20,000 bases of DNA from an uncultured virus (IMG/VR IMGVR_UViG_3300030098_006717) (IMGVR_UViG_3300030098_006717); one strand, 5' to 3'; counted from the first letter of the stretch, positions 1-10,812 are shown. A program made the numbers and translations. Notes: generated by a model from the letters alone, not told the origin.

Positions 1-1
1 T

Positions 2-1696
2 TCAAGAATTTGGGATTTTTATTATCCTTATAGTTGGGAAGAAGGTGATAATTTAACATTTTCTATTTTACTTAAATCAGATACACCTTTATCTGTTGCA
101 ACTAAATTTTCAATTAGATCTAATGTTGTAGATGAAGATACTCATCAAAATCCAGATGGAAGTAATATTATTGTAGATGATGTTCCTTTATCTCCATTAG
201 GAGGTATATCTTGGGATGAAGATTCTGCAAATCAATATTGTATTGATGCTGGATATGCTTATATAGTTAGTTATGAGGGATATCATACTGGATGTGAAAC
301 TATTAGTATATATGCTTGTACTGATAACAATGAAGAACAGATACCTTGTAGTGTGTATGGGGATGTTGTACCTGGTGAATATTGTGGTGATGAAACTTTA
401 ATATGTGGGGATGATGGATTGTGTCATCATTATTATCCTGAAGATTGTAATGAAGATATAAATATAGATTCTACTACTGGTGAATATTGTGAATCATTTG
501 ATAATGAAAACGATTGTGATATAACCTATTGTACATGGATAACTTATGAACCAGTGTGTTCTGGAGGGGAAAATTCAGATACTGATGGGTATGGTATAGA
601 TTGTAGTTTACTTGATGTAGATGAGTGTGGAGAAACAAATGAAGATATAGGTTATGGTGAAGGTGATTGTCATTGGGTAGACAATTCAGAATATAATAGT
701 TGTGAAGTATCTATTGATGCTCCTTCTTGGATAGGTAATTGTTCTGAACTTCAAGGTGAAAATTATACTTGTAACTCGGTTGTAGATAGTACTCCTAATT
801 GTGTACATAATTATTATAAATATAATATTGAAAATGGTGAGTGGGATATACTACAAAATGTTAATCAAGAAGCTATGTTAATATCAACTATCACTTGTAC
901 TCATGATGATATTTTAGATGATGATTATGGTTCACAAAGTAAAACAATTGGATTGGATAACCAATGGAATAATTTTACTTGGAATGTAACGGCTCATGAG
1001 GGAACTGAAAATGGTGGATTTGATTTGGAATTGATTGGTATACCAAATAAAAAAATATATGCTGTTTATCCTTCTTTTGTTCACGGACAAAGTGTAGATC
1101 AAGATAATATTGATGAACAAAGTGACCAATCTTGGTTTGGAACACATCCAGATACGCCTGGTGAAAACCCGTATTATTATCCTGTTTTACCTAAAATTAA
1201 TCAATATGGGCAATTTGATGAAAATTTAGGTATGATGGGTGGTAAAAATTCTCAACAATTTTTAGGTTATATATGTGAATTAGGAATGCCGGATGAAAGT
1301 GAATATTATAATGAAAATGGATATTTTGATAATCAAGAAACTTGTTTAACTGCAACTAGTTGTACTGTTAATTCTGTTCTTTGTATTGAATATTATCAAA
1401 CTGATGTTTCATTAAATAATGTTCCATTTGGAAGTCATAATAGAAAATGGAATGAAAAAGATGAACAAGCTTTAGTGAATAAAAAACAAATTGATAATAG
1501 TTATAATATAGAGATGAGTCTAAAAGTATCAGAAGTTAATAATGAGGCTATAGAAGATAAAAGTGGAGCTGGACGTTTAGGTTTGACTACCGGTGATTAT
1601 AGAGTTGGGTATGATAAAGATACAAAAGAACCAGCAAAAAATCCAGAAAGAATAGATGTAACAGTTTCAAATAATAGAAAAAGAGGACCTGTATAA
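2..1696 (+). CDS. Acidic Cys-rich probable virion protein, 5'-truncated by the window edge
   Basis: Frame 2 is open from base 2 (SRIWDFYYPYSWEEGDNLTF...) through the track ORF to TAA 1694-1696, so the GTG at 353 is internal. The C-terminal 'IEDKSGAGRLGLTTGDY' resembles the end of the next protein. Confidence 0.8.
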   Translation, partial: SRIWDFYYPYSWEEGDNLTFSILLKSDTPLSVATKFSIRSNVVDEDTHQNPDGSNIIVDDVPLSPLGGISWDEDSANQYCIDAGYAYIVSYEGYHTGCETISIYACTDNNEEQIPCSVYGDVVPGEYCGDETLICGDDGLCHHYYPEDCNEDINIDSTTGEYCESFDNENDCDITYCTWITYEPVCSGGENSDTDGYGIDCSLLDVDECGETNEDIGYGEGDCHWVDNSEYNSCEVSIDAPSWIGNCSELQGENYTCNSVVDSTPNCVHNYYKYNIENGEWDILQNVNQEAMLISTITCTHDDILDDDYGSQSKTIGLDNQWNNFTWNVTAHEGTENGGFDLELIGIPNKKIYAVYPSFVHGQSVDQDNIDEQSDQSWFGTHPDTPGENPYYYPVLPKINQYGQFDENLGMMGGKNSQQFLGYICELGMPDESEYYNENGYFDNQETCLTATSCTVNSVLCIEYYQTDVSLNNVPFGSHNRKWNEKDEQALVNKKQIDNSYNIEMSLKVSEVNNEAIEDKSGAGRLGLTTGDYRVGYDKDTKEPAKNPERIDVTVSNNRKRGPV

Positions 1697-1699
1697 TAT

Positions 1700-4195
1700 A
1701 TGGCTACTAAAAAAATTATAAATAATTCTATTCCTGATGAGGGTGGACTTGGTCAAATGAATATTGATGATGAAACTCTTTTGCAATCTGGTATTGGTGA
1801 TTTATTTCATTTATATACTACTAGACATGAATATGATTATAATGAAGATAATATAGAAACTTACCCATCCAATACTAATAATTCTTGGAATGATGGACTT
1901 AATTGGATGAGTGATGGTAGTGAATTTAAAATTATTAATGCTAAAATAGTAAATAGAGGTGTTAATATGGATGTTGTGGGTGGTGGATGGGCTGCTTATG
2001 TTGTAGATGATGCTATGAATCCTGATATAGCAAGTGCAGAATCAGGTAATGCAATTAGAGATGCAGTTGGTGGTACTAATGAGGCAAATCAAAATGATTG
2101 GGATGAAAGTTATGCATATCTTTATCACAAATCAAGAGGAACTATAAATTCAGGTGGATCTATTGGTGAGATTATAGAAGCTTCAAATTGTACTAATTGT
2201 CATGATGATTTAACAATTTCAGATTTTCCAAAAAACTTTAATACAGTTTCTGATGAATATACTGCTATTAATGGGGATATGGAAGAATTTTCAAAAGATA
2301 TGGGTTCTGGTAATAGTGCTTATCATGTAGTTATAAGAATGGCTGGAGATGCAGAAGATTATGGTCCTAATGATTCTAGAAATAGAAGTTATAACAAATA
2401 TACTTTAAGAAAAACTTTATTAAAAGATATGTGGATGCAAGGTGAAAATTTTGAAAATAGTCATGATGGTGGAAATTATGAAGTTTTTTGTTGGGGTAAA
2501 GGTGTGGGTGATTCAGTTGGTCAAGGTTTAAATTGTACACATAAAGTTGGTCCTAATACATCTACTGTTGCTGATAATTATAATATAGATGACTCGGATG
2601 AATGGGAAGATGTGACAGCAGCTGCTTTTAAATGTCAATGGTTGGCTGTTAAAGTAACTCCACCGACTTGGAAATTATCTGAAGCTCCTAAAGATATATA
2701 TTTTGGTGAAAATTGGTATAGGGGTATATATTGGATTAATGAGTTAGATAATAATGATTATATAAAAATAAGACCTGATAATTGGGTAGATTATACATTT
2801 TTATATACGGATAGTACAGAAACTGAATTTTTAGATCCAAATCATATATTTGATTTCAGACCAGTAAGTCATATTAGTGTAACTCATCCAGATGATGAAG
2901 ATCCACAAGATGATCAACCAGGAGATGGTATAGATATTCAATCTTTCTATGAGCCAGAAACAACAGAATTTCAATATTCTGTCGCTCCAAATGTTGTTAG
3001 ATTACAATTTAAAATGTCATATGATTATACAACTGCTGCAACTGAATTAAATTATTTTACTTATAATGCTGAATCTAATTTATGGGTAATAAATGATATA
3101 AATCCAGATTCTAATTCACAACTTGGATATCCAGGTGATATTGGTTTTAAAATGGTTGTAGTAGATTGGGAAGCTGAAGATTCTGATTTTGATTTTGATG
3201 ATATTTTATTTGATTGGCCACAAGATTATACTGAAATGAATAATCTTAGACAATTAAAAAATACTTATCATTTTAAAGATGTATATGATAAAGAAACTGA
3301 AACTTATAATTCTTTGTATCATCAGTATAATACGGCGGGATATAAAATTATAAAAGCATTAGTATTTAGTTATATTAAACATTCTAATGACCAAGATCTA
3401 ATTCAGGCTTTGAGATGGAAAGGTGTAGTTATAACTCATCATTTAGCCTATAGTTCAATAGATATGGAAGACTTTGGTTTGATTGGTGGTCCTGGATACA
3501 CATTTCTTCCATGGCCTTATACTACTCCTATTGTTGGTGGTATAAGTAATGATAGTCAATATATTAATAGTGTTGAAAATATTTTAGGTAAAAATTACTT
3601 TAAAGAAACTGAATATAATTCATATTTTCAGACATTAAATAGTTGGAAAAATAAACCTGGAAGTGAGATAGATGAGTTAGGTAAATATCCAGGTAAAATA
3701 GATTTTGGTCAATTAAGATATTTTAATAATGGTAATTTTGATATGAATAATTTACTTGGAATATCTTCTAATATAACAGATTTAGAAGATGGATCTATAT
3801 TCCATCCATATAATGATTTTAATCATTGGCAAGGTGATCCGTGTCAAACAGATGAGAATCAAGATTATTTAGATCAATATTTTGAAGATTTATATGAATG
3901 TACAAATTTACCAACATATCCTCAAGATTCTTGTGTTGGACTTATATTTATAGAAGACAGTATGCGTACTGATTTAAAAAATGCTTGTAAATTAGAATTA
4001 AGTGTTAGTGATATAGATAATGGTGCATTGATAGATACATCTTTGGGGGATAAAAAAGGTATACTTATAGGTGATTATTCTTTAGAGAAACGTGATTATT
4101 TAGATCCTGTGGCAAAGACATCAGAACCTATTGTACCTGAAATAGATGATGTTGATTCACCACCATTAAAATTTGTGGAGGATATTACTACATAA
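1700..4195 (+). CDS. Acidic 831-aa probable virion structural protein
   Basis: Long ORF starting 3 nt after the upstream stop. It has a PKD-like motif 'LYHQYNTAGYKIIKALV' and a C-terminal 'LIDTSLGDKKGILIGDY' shared with the upstream protein. Confidence 0.75.
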   Translation: MATKKIINNSIPDEGGLGQMNIDDETLLQSGIGDLFHLYTTRHEYDYNEDNIETYPSNTNNSWNDGLNWMSDGSEFKIINAKIVNRGVNMDVVGGGWAAYVVDDAMNPDIASAESGNAIRDAVGGTNEANQNDWDESYAYLYHKSRGTINSGGSIGEIIEASNCTNCHDDLTISDFPKNFNTVSDEYTAINGDMEEFSKDMGSGNSAYHVVIRMAGDAEDYGPNDSRNRSYNKYTLRKTLLKDMWMQGENFENSHDGGNYEVFCWGKGVGDSVGQGLNCTHKVGPNTSTVADNYNIDDSDEWEDVTAAAFKCQWLAVKVTPPTWKLSEAPKDIYFGENWYRGIYWINELDNNDYIKIRPDNWVDYTFLYTDSTETEFLDPNHIFDFRPVSHISVTHPDDEDPQDDQPGDGIDIQSFYEPETTEFQYSVAPNVVRLQFKMSYDYTTAATELNYFTYNAESNLWVINDINPDSNSQLGYPGDIGFKMVVVDWEAEDSDFDFDDILFDWPQDYTEMNNLRQLKNTYHFKDVYDKETETYNSLYHQYNTAGYKIIKALVFSYIKHSNDQDLIQALRWKGVVITHHLAYSSIDMEDFGLIGGPGYTFLPWPYTTPIVGGISNDSQYINSVENILGKNYFKETEYNSYFQTLNSWKNKPGSEIDELGKYPGKIDFGQLRYFNNGNFDMNNLLGISSNITDLEDGSIFHPYNDFNHWQGDPCQTDENQDYLDQYFEDLYECTNLPTYPQDSCVGLIFIEDSMRTDLKNACKLELSVSDIDNGALIDTSLGDKKGILIGDYSLEKRDYLDPVAKTSEPIVPEIDDVDSPPLKFVEDITT

Positions 4196-4208
4196 TGGAG
4201 ACTTATAA

Positions 4209-7200
4209 ATGCCAATTATAGAAGATAATTTTGATCCTTCGATATTAGAATTAATCACATCTGGATTTGATTCGGTAGATACCTTTGATCCAGTTGCTGG
4301 TGATTATGTTAGAATGTCTGTATATGATAGACAAGGTACATTAGTATCTATATACAGATCAGATTCTACTTGGGATATTAATTCTGCTACCGGATCTCCA
4401 AATAAAATATTTTATGATAATGATTGGACTCCATTTTTTAATCTGACTGGTGATGTATATTCAGAAGAAATATCATTTCCATATATAAATCAAGTTCAAT
4501 TACCAATATATAAAGATTCTGATGGTAAAGTATATGTTAAACCAAATGATACATTAGATGCTGACCCCAACATAGATTATAATAAAGGTTTTTATACTTT
4601 AAAATTTGATTTTATATGGGATTCATTTAATGGTGCTATAGGTGGATTAGGTTATGTAAATCCAAAATTTTATTTAAGAGAAATATCTCCATCAAGAACT
4701 GAGGTTAGATTATTAGTTAGACAAAATATCACCCAAAATAATTCAGAACAAGTACCTCTTAATCAACAATTTATGGATGCTTTTAGTGATTTAAATGTTG
4801 GTTTAAGTGATTTAACTTGGGTTTTAGGATTACCTGAAGCAAAAAATATTAATATTTTAAATTATGCATTTGATAATATTTCTATACCAAATACTAATTC
4901 TTTAGTTTTAAAATTAAGTGGTGAAGTACCAATTGATGTAAAATCTCCACAATCTAAAAATATTATGATTGGTAAGGAGATATATCCTACTCAAACAGAA
5001 GAAATATTTTATATAACAGAAGATGCTGTAGATGATGAAATATACTCATTAACTCCAGATAATACAATAGAAACTGATAATAGTACTTTATCTTATGATA
5101 TACCTCAAAGTTATAATGATTTAATTGGAACTTCTTCTACTTTTTCTGACGGTGATGCTTCGAATGTAGAATTATCTGTATACTCACAAAGTCATGATAA
5201 TTTAAATATTGATTATTCTGAATTTGAAAATTATGCATTTTTTGGTTCGGCTGAACAAAAATTAAAAAACTTTTATAATAAAGTTAAAAAAATAGAAGAT
5301 TATTCTTTAGAAATAAGTTCTTCTATGACTTCTATACCATCTGATCATATAGATGCTACTTTTGTTACTGAATCTTCTGTAGTAGAAAGAAGAAGAAATT
5401 TATTTAAAAATATAAATGAAATAGTTACTAATTTTACTCCTTATGAATTATGGATGTATAGAAATAATATTCATTCTGGATCATATCCTAAATCTGGAAA
5501 AGACCATTCTAATTATCCACCTATATCGGGTAGTTTTAATGAATATTTTGGAAATGATATAAGTGGTGATGCCAGTGTTATAAAAGATTATTATGGATTT
5601 AAAACAGTATATAAAATTTCTACTGGTGATGATAATATAATATCTCAAAGTAATTTTACTGGTGATGATAGTATAGGTTCAAGTTTATATGATACTTGGT
5701 ATACTGGATCAACTAGTAACTGGAGATTTGAAAATAATGAAATTGGTTATGTTCCGGGCGGTGGAGATACTAAATTGTATCATATATCTGGTGGATTAGA
5801 TGATACCTTATTCAATAAACTTGATGATCCACATACTGTTCAAAACTTTAGTTTATTTAGAAATAATACTAAATATAAAATTAGATTTAAATTATCTACT
5901 TGTTATGTTGGTGATAATTTAACCTTTAGATTGGGAGGTGAAGAGGGAGCTGAATCTAAAATATTTACAGTTGATGTCACTGATAGTGGTTCTTATTTTG
6001 AACATGTATTGGATGTAGAAGCTGCATCATTTCCAGGTGAAAATTATAATTATTTAGTTATAGATGCTGGATCATTATTTTCAGGTTCACTTGATGACAT
6101 TGAAATATTAGCAGCTACTGATGTAGATGGAAGAGCTGATATATTTACTGATCAATATAGAGTTGAAGATTACCCTTTTCATCATTACAATGGAAAATAT
6201 TATTTATCCTTTTTAGCTAGTTGGGATAGTTTACCTCATTGGGAAAATTATAATGCATCACAATCGGTAAATTCATTGGGAGAAACAATTGAACCTATTC
6301 CTATGGATGCATTTAATTCAGAATCTATACAAACTCAAACGGAAGAATCAAATACATCTGGAAGTTTTCATAGATATATTTTAGCGGCTTCTCAATCTTA
6401 TTGGAGATATCCTGATGATGAAAGTATTCAACTTACTGCATTAGACGAAGCAGATGCAACTAATTCTACTTTTGGTTGGGAAATTTTAGATGGTGAAAAT
6501 ATAACTGGATCTTATGGTCAAAATATTTTAAATCAAAATAATTTATATAATGAATTATATTCTTATGGTAGTTCTTCTATACTTCCATCTGGTGAATTAT
6601 TTAGATTATATCATATAACTTCATCGGATGCGTTGGCTCCAGTTTCTCATTCTTATGTAATGGATGTAAAATTATTTAGAGAAGATAACATATGGTCAGG
6701 TCAACCATCTGATATAATAGATTTTTCTCATTTATATAGTACTTCTTCAAACGCAGTGAACACTTGGTATGAAAATAGAATAGATAGTGCTTCTCAATAT
6801 GATAGACAGAATGTACATTATTTATATAATCAATTACCTCAATTTATTAGAGATGAGGATGAAACCAAAACATTAGAAAAATTTATAAATGTAATAGCTG
6901 AACAATTTGATGCTTTAAAAAATTATATAGATAATTATATTCATTTAAATTATAGATCTTATCAAGAAATAGATTCTATTCCTTATAATATAATAGAAAT
7001 AATTGGTTCAAACTTTGGTTGGAAATTTATTAATACAGGTGCTCTCAAGAATTTATTAGATTACCATATTGGAAATAAAAAGAAATCAGCTTATAAAGAT
7101 GTTTCTGCTCAAATATGGAAAAATGTACTCAATAACTTAATATACATTTATAAATCAAAAGGAACTGAAAATAGTGTTAGGGCTTTATTAAATTCGTTTG

Positions 7201-10200
7201 GATTACCTCCTAATATTTTAACAGTTAGAGAATTGGGTGGTTCTTTAGAAAGTCAAACAAATCCGACTGTAGATTTTTTAAATCCTGAAGGTGTTGAATT
7301 TTCTGTAGGTAATGTTTCTTATAATAAAGAACAAAGATATATTCAATCAATGAATATTAATGAAAGAAGTACAAATTCATTTAAAACAGATTGGAATACA
7401 TCTGAAAGTGGTTTAAATGTCGGTGTAGAATTTATTGGAACTTTTCAACATAATAATGCTACTCAAAGTATACTTTTATCTTCTGGATCTTATAGACAAA
7501 ATTGGGATTTGGTGTACCACCCAGATCAAAATTCTGATAAAAATGCCCATTTAGAATTAAGAACTAATCTTATAGAAACTGGATCGGTTCTCATTGAGGC
7601 ATGGCCAGTATCCCAAACTACTTTAGTTTCTGATAGTTTACCATTAACTGAAGATGGTGGTAAATATCCTTGGCATATTTTGGTACAAAGAATTGAAGCA
7701 TCTGACTATGGTGCTTACAATAATAATTTTCCACTTTCAAGTTCGTTGGAGATGCATGTAGCCAGAAGAATTGGAGATACTATCACTCATTATTGGAGTG
7801 GTTCTGTTGATGTTTCTGGATCTTCTAGTACTAATTTTATATCTACTGGATCAGGTGCGGTAATTAACTCTGATAATTTAGTATTTGGTGATCCGGGTGC
7901 ATCAGATATAACTTTTGCAGCTCCATTTACTGGTTCTATATCAGAAGTGAGAGTATTAGCTCAACCTATAACAGCTTCTAAATTTTATACTCATGTTTTT
8001 AATCCAGATAGTGTTGTTGGAAATACTCAAGATGGATTTATGGATATTATTCATAGATATTCATTTAAAGGAAATTATTTCAAGGATGATGATTATATAG
8101 TTATAAAAGACAATGGTAGTGGTGTTAGTGGTTCTAAACCTGTAACTATTTCTAAATCTAATGTGACAAGGTTACCTTCTTTTAGAAAAAATTATTATGA
8201 TTTTTATGAATTTAATCCTAGATCTATAGATTTAAAACAATTTAATTCTAAAAAAGTAATAGTTTCTGATAAAAGAGAATTTATAGGTACTGAATTAAGT
8301 CCTGTAGAAAATAGATCTGTTGGTGATTTATATGTAGATAAAGAATTAAAAAGAATAAGAAATTTTGATCCTATTGTTGATATTTCTATTTCTCCGGCTA
8401 GAGTTATAGATAGGTTAATAACTTCTTATGTCAGTGATTGGTATCTCGGTGATTTACTTGGTGATCCATTAGATAATTCCAAATCTAATTATACAGATTT
8501 AACAGTATTTGCGAAAAGATTATTTGGTCAATTTGATGGTTTAATAGATGTTAACCAATGGATTAGATCTCAGGCTGGAATGATTCCAGATGGATTTTGG
8601 ACTACTTTAGAAGAAATTCTTCCAGCATCAGTTCAGTCTATAACTGGATTAACTATAGAAAATCATCTTTTATTTAGAAATAAAAATCCAAAAGATTTAT
8701 TAGATTCTTCTAAAAAATATAACGGATACCCAACTGCTCAAGTTTATACCGCCCGTACAGATCATAGTATGGCGAATAGTTTTGTACCAGAAATAATTTC
8801 TAATACACCATCTATAGTTGTAACGGATGATATCACAGTTGAAGCAACAAATCCAATTCCACCAATGGCTACAGATTTTTATAATTTTGAAACAGATTAT
8901 AATGTAACATCTGAAGTTAAAAAAGATTTATCTGGAAAAATATTAATTAATACTGATACCAGTATAATGATGACATCTTTTATTAATGGATTATTGATAG
9001 ATACTATTTCTTTAATTGAAAGTGAAGATAATCCAGATGGTGTTGATATAAATAGTTGGTTTGATTATCCAACTGAAGCTGTTATTGAATTGGAAGAGGA
9101 TATAATAATATCTACTATTCATAATGATGTTAAAATTGCGGATATTGATGTACCAGATCATATATCATCTAGTATTCATGTTCCTTATAAATCTGAAGAT
9201 ATAGATTTATCTTATATAAGTAATTTGGATAGTGAATTTAAAGATTCATTAGATTCAAAAATAGATATATCAAACTTATCAGTTCTTTCATCTAGTATTA
9301 AAGAACATGTTGTAAGTGAAGATATAGATTTATCTGATATAACAAATTTAGAAACTTCTGTACCAGAACATCATACATCTAATATACCTATAACTGATTT
9401 AAAAGTGTTATCATCTAGTATTCAAGATCATCCTTTAAGTGAAGATATAGATTTATCTGATATAACTGATATTAAGACATCATTCAAAGATTCATTAGAT
9501 TCTAATATAAACATATCAAGTTTATCAGTTCTTTCATCTAGTTTACAAGATAAATTAATAAGTAGAGATATAGATTTATCTGATTTATCTGATATAAATA
9601 CTTCCTTTGAAGATAAGATTAGGTTTGATATAAATATATCAAGTCTTTCTACTATATCATCTAGTTTTGAACATAAGATAACTTCTAATAAAATAGATTT
9701 ATCCGACTTATCTGATATAAATAGTTCTTTTGAAGATAAGATTAAATTTAATTTGGATGTGTCCAATTTAAATGTTATTTCTTCTAGTTTTAAAGATAAT
9801 ATATCTGTTGATAAAATAGATTTATCTGACTTATCTGATATAGATAGTCAATTTCAAGATATACTGATGGTAGATGACATTGATATGGGGTTAGTAAGTC
9901 ACAATATGGTATCTGCTAGCTTGTATGATTATATAGATCAAACCAATAGGTTACAGAAAAACGAAGTAGCAACTATTACTTCTTTCAAACAAATAGTTCC
10001 TACGGGAGAAGAGTCTAAATCTTTTATAAGAGGATCTTCATTCCATAGAAAAGGAAAATGGGATTCTGAAAAATATTTAGATCCTACTAATGAAAATTAT
10101 GTAATAGATGTGGGTGTTAGTCCTCATGCAACCTTTAGACCTCATTGGACAATGCAACCAGTATCTGGAGCTTTTTATGAAACAGAAATGGTATTTAGAT

Positions 10201-10784
10201 CTATAGGTGATACCGAAACACTTAATTTTTGGGGAGATAGATATTCAGTTACACAACCACATTCTGATTATCCTAATGTAGTTGTATATGGTAGGGATTG
10301 GCATAATTATGATAACGATCACCCTCAAATGTTTGGTGGTAGAAATATAATGAAAAACAGACCAGGTAAAGGAGGAGCTCCAGGTGGTAATAGGGGTAGA
10401 CATGATGGTAGAAAAATAGGAAGAACACAAAGAATATATACTTGGAAACATTTTTCTGATACATTTGTAGAATTTAGTAATGAAGGATTTACTTGGGGTG
10501 ATGATTTTGAAAAAATATATTATCCTCCTGATAGTTATTTTAAAATAGGATGGACATTAAAAAATCAAAGAATTAAAAGAGTAACTACAAATCATGGTCC
10601 AACAGCTGGTGGAGTTCCAGCGACAGATGCTGGTGGTAATAGTGTTTTTGGAAATAAAGGTGGGGATCTTTTAAAAAGAGGATGGTACGATCCAGAAAAT
10701 CTTATAACTGGTCGAACTGAAGTAGTAATAAGTAGACAAGTTCAAGGTGGATCTAAGAAACTAAAAGTATCAAATCCTGATTAA
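4209..10784 (+). CDS. 2191-aa baseplate wedge-like protein (P2 gpI / T4 gp7-like core) with putative CBM-like and LamG-like domains and a 41-aa repeat tract
   Basis: GGAG lies upstream. The segment ~6801-7241 'LYNQLPQFI...IYIYKSKGTENSVRALLNSFG...TVRE' matches the K-G-T-x-x-x-V-x-x-L-L pattern of gpI/gp7-type wedge proteins. 'FTGSISEVRV' is a LamG-like end motif. ~5635-6110 'TKYKIRF...FSGSLDDIEI' looks like a galactose-binding/CBM beta-sandwich. Confidence 0.7.
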   Translation: MPIIEDNFDPSILELITSGFDSVDTFDPVAGDYVRMSVYDRQGTLVSIYRSDSTWDINSATGSPNKIFYDNDWTPFFNLTGDVYSEEISFPYINQVQLPIYKDSDGKVYVKPNDTLDADPNIDYNKGFYTLKFDFIWDSFNGAIGGLGYVNPKFYLREISPSRTEVRLLVRQNITQNNSEQVPLNQQFMDAFSDLNVGLSDLTWVLGLPEAKNINILNYAFDNISIPNTNSLVLKLSGEVPIDVKSPQSKNIMIGKEIYPTQTEEIFYITEDAVDDEIYSLTPDNTIETDNSTLSYDIPQSYNDLIGTSSTFSDGDASNVELSVYSQSHDNLNIDYSEFENYAFFGSAEQKLKNFYNKVKKIEDYSLEISSSMTSIPSDHIDATFVTESSVVERRRNLFKNINEIVTNFTPYELWMYRNNIHSGSYPKSGKDHSNYPPISGSFNEYFGNDISGDASVIKDYYGFKTVYKISTGDDNIISQSNFTGDDSIGSSLYDTWYTGSTSNWRFENNEIGYVPGGGDTKLYHISGGLDDTLFNKLDDPHTVQNFSLFRNNTKYKIRFKLSTCYVGDNLTFRLGGEEGAESKIFTVDVTDSGSYFEHVLDVEAASFPGENYNYLVIDAGSLFSGSLDDIEILAATDVDGRADIFTDQYRVEDYPFHHYNGKYYLSFLASWDSLPHWENYNASQSVNSLGETIEPIPMDAFNSESIQTQTEESNTSGSFHRYILAASQSYWRYPDDESIQLTALDEADATNSTFGWEILDGENITGSYGQNILNQNNLYNELYSYGSSSILPSGELFRLYHITSSDALAPVSHSYVMDVKLFREDNIWSGQPSDIIDFSHLYSTSSNAVNTWYENRIDSASQYDRQNVHYLYNQLPQFIRDEDETKTLEKFINVIAEQFDALKNYIDNYIHLNYRSYQEIDSIPYNIIEIIGSNFGWKFINTGALKNLLDYHIGNKKKSAYKDVSAQIWKNVLNNLIYIYKSKGTENSVRALLNSFGLPPNILTVRELGGSLESQTNPTVDFLNPEGVEFSVGNVSYNKEQRYIQSMNINERSTNSFKTDWNTSESGLNVGVEFIGTFQHNNATQSILLSSGSYRQNWDLVYHPDQNSDKNAHLELRTNLIETGSVLIEAWPVSQTTLVSDSLPLTEDGGKYPWHILVQRIEASDYGAYNNNFPLSSSLEMHVARRIGDTITHYWSGSVDVSGSSSTNFISTGSGAVINSDNLVFGDPGASDITFAAPFTGSISEVRVLAQPITASKFYTHVFNPDSVVGNTQDGFMDIIHRYSFKGNYFKDDDYIVIKDNGSGVSGSKPVTISKSNVTRLPSFRKNYYDFYEFNPRSIDLKQFNSKKVIVSDKREFIGTELSPVENRSVGDLYVDKELKRIRNFDPIVDISISPARVIDRLITSYVSDWYLGDLLGDPLDNSKSNYTDLTVFAKRLFGQFDGLIDVNQWIRSQAGMIPDGFWTTLEEILPASVQSITGLTIENHLLFRNKNPKDLLDSSKKYNGYPTAQVYTARTDHSMANSFVPEIISNTPSIVVTDDITVEATNPIPPMATDFYNFETDYNVTSEVKKDLSGKILINTDTSIMMTSFINGLLIDTISLIESEDNPDGVDINSWFDYPTEAVIELEEDIIISTIHNDVKIADIDVPDHISSSIHVPYKSEDIDLSYISNLDSEFKDSLDSKIDISNLSVLSSSIKEHVVSEDIDLSDITNLETSVPEHHTSNIPITDLKVLSSSIQDHPLSEDIDLSDITDIKTSFKDSLDSNINISSLSVLSSSLQDKLISRDIDLSDLSDINTSFEDKIRFDINISSLSTISSSFEHKITSNKIDLSDLSDINSSFEDKIKFNLDVSNLNVISSSFKDNISVDKIDLSDLSDIDSQFQDILMVDDIDMGLVSHNMVSASLYDYIDQTNRLQKNEVATITSFKQIVPTGEESKSFIRGSSFHRKGKWDSEKYLDPTNENYVIDVGVSPHATFRPHWTMQPVSGAFYETEMVFRSIGDTETLNFWGDRYSVTQPHSDYPNVVVYGRDWHNYDNDHPQMFGGRNIMKNRPGKGGAPGGNRGRHDGRKIGRTQRIYTWKHFSDTFVEFSNEGFTWGDDFEKIYYPPDSYFKIGWTLKNQRIKRVTTNHGPTAGGVPATDAGGNSVFGNKGGDLLKRGWYDPENLITGRTEVVISRQVQGGSKKLKVSNPD
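9192..9870 (+). repeat. In-frame degenerate tandem repeat, 123 nt / 41 aa, about 5.5 copies
   Basis: Units start at 9192, 9315, 9438, 9561, 9684 and 9807, exactly 123 nt apart. Consensus is roughly SEDIDLSDIxxIxxSFxDxxxxxIxISxLxVLSSSxxxxxx, with DNA core 'atagatttatc'. Confidence 0.95.
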
Positions 10785-10812
10785 TATTTAATAAAAAGTA
10801 TATTTTTTTAAT

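Noticed and set aside
353..355. GTG start assigned to the first ORF by the track
   Set aside because: The frame is open back to base 2 with similar composition, so the true start is upstream of the window.
9192..9870. Possible CRISPR array
   Set aside because: The 123-nt period is in frame, the units are degenerate throughout, and there is no invariant repeat with unique spacers. It is a protein-coding repeat.
10785..10812. Possible intrinsic terminator after the 2191-aa gene
   Set aside because: Only weak A/T pairing and no GC-rich stem, so it cannot be distinguished from background.
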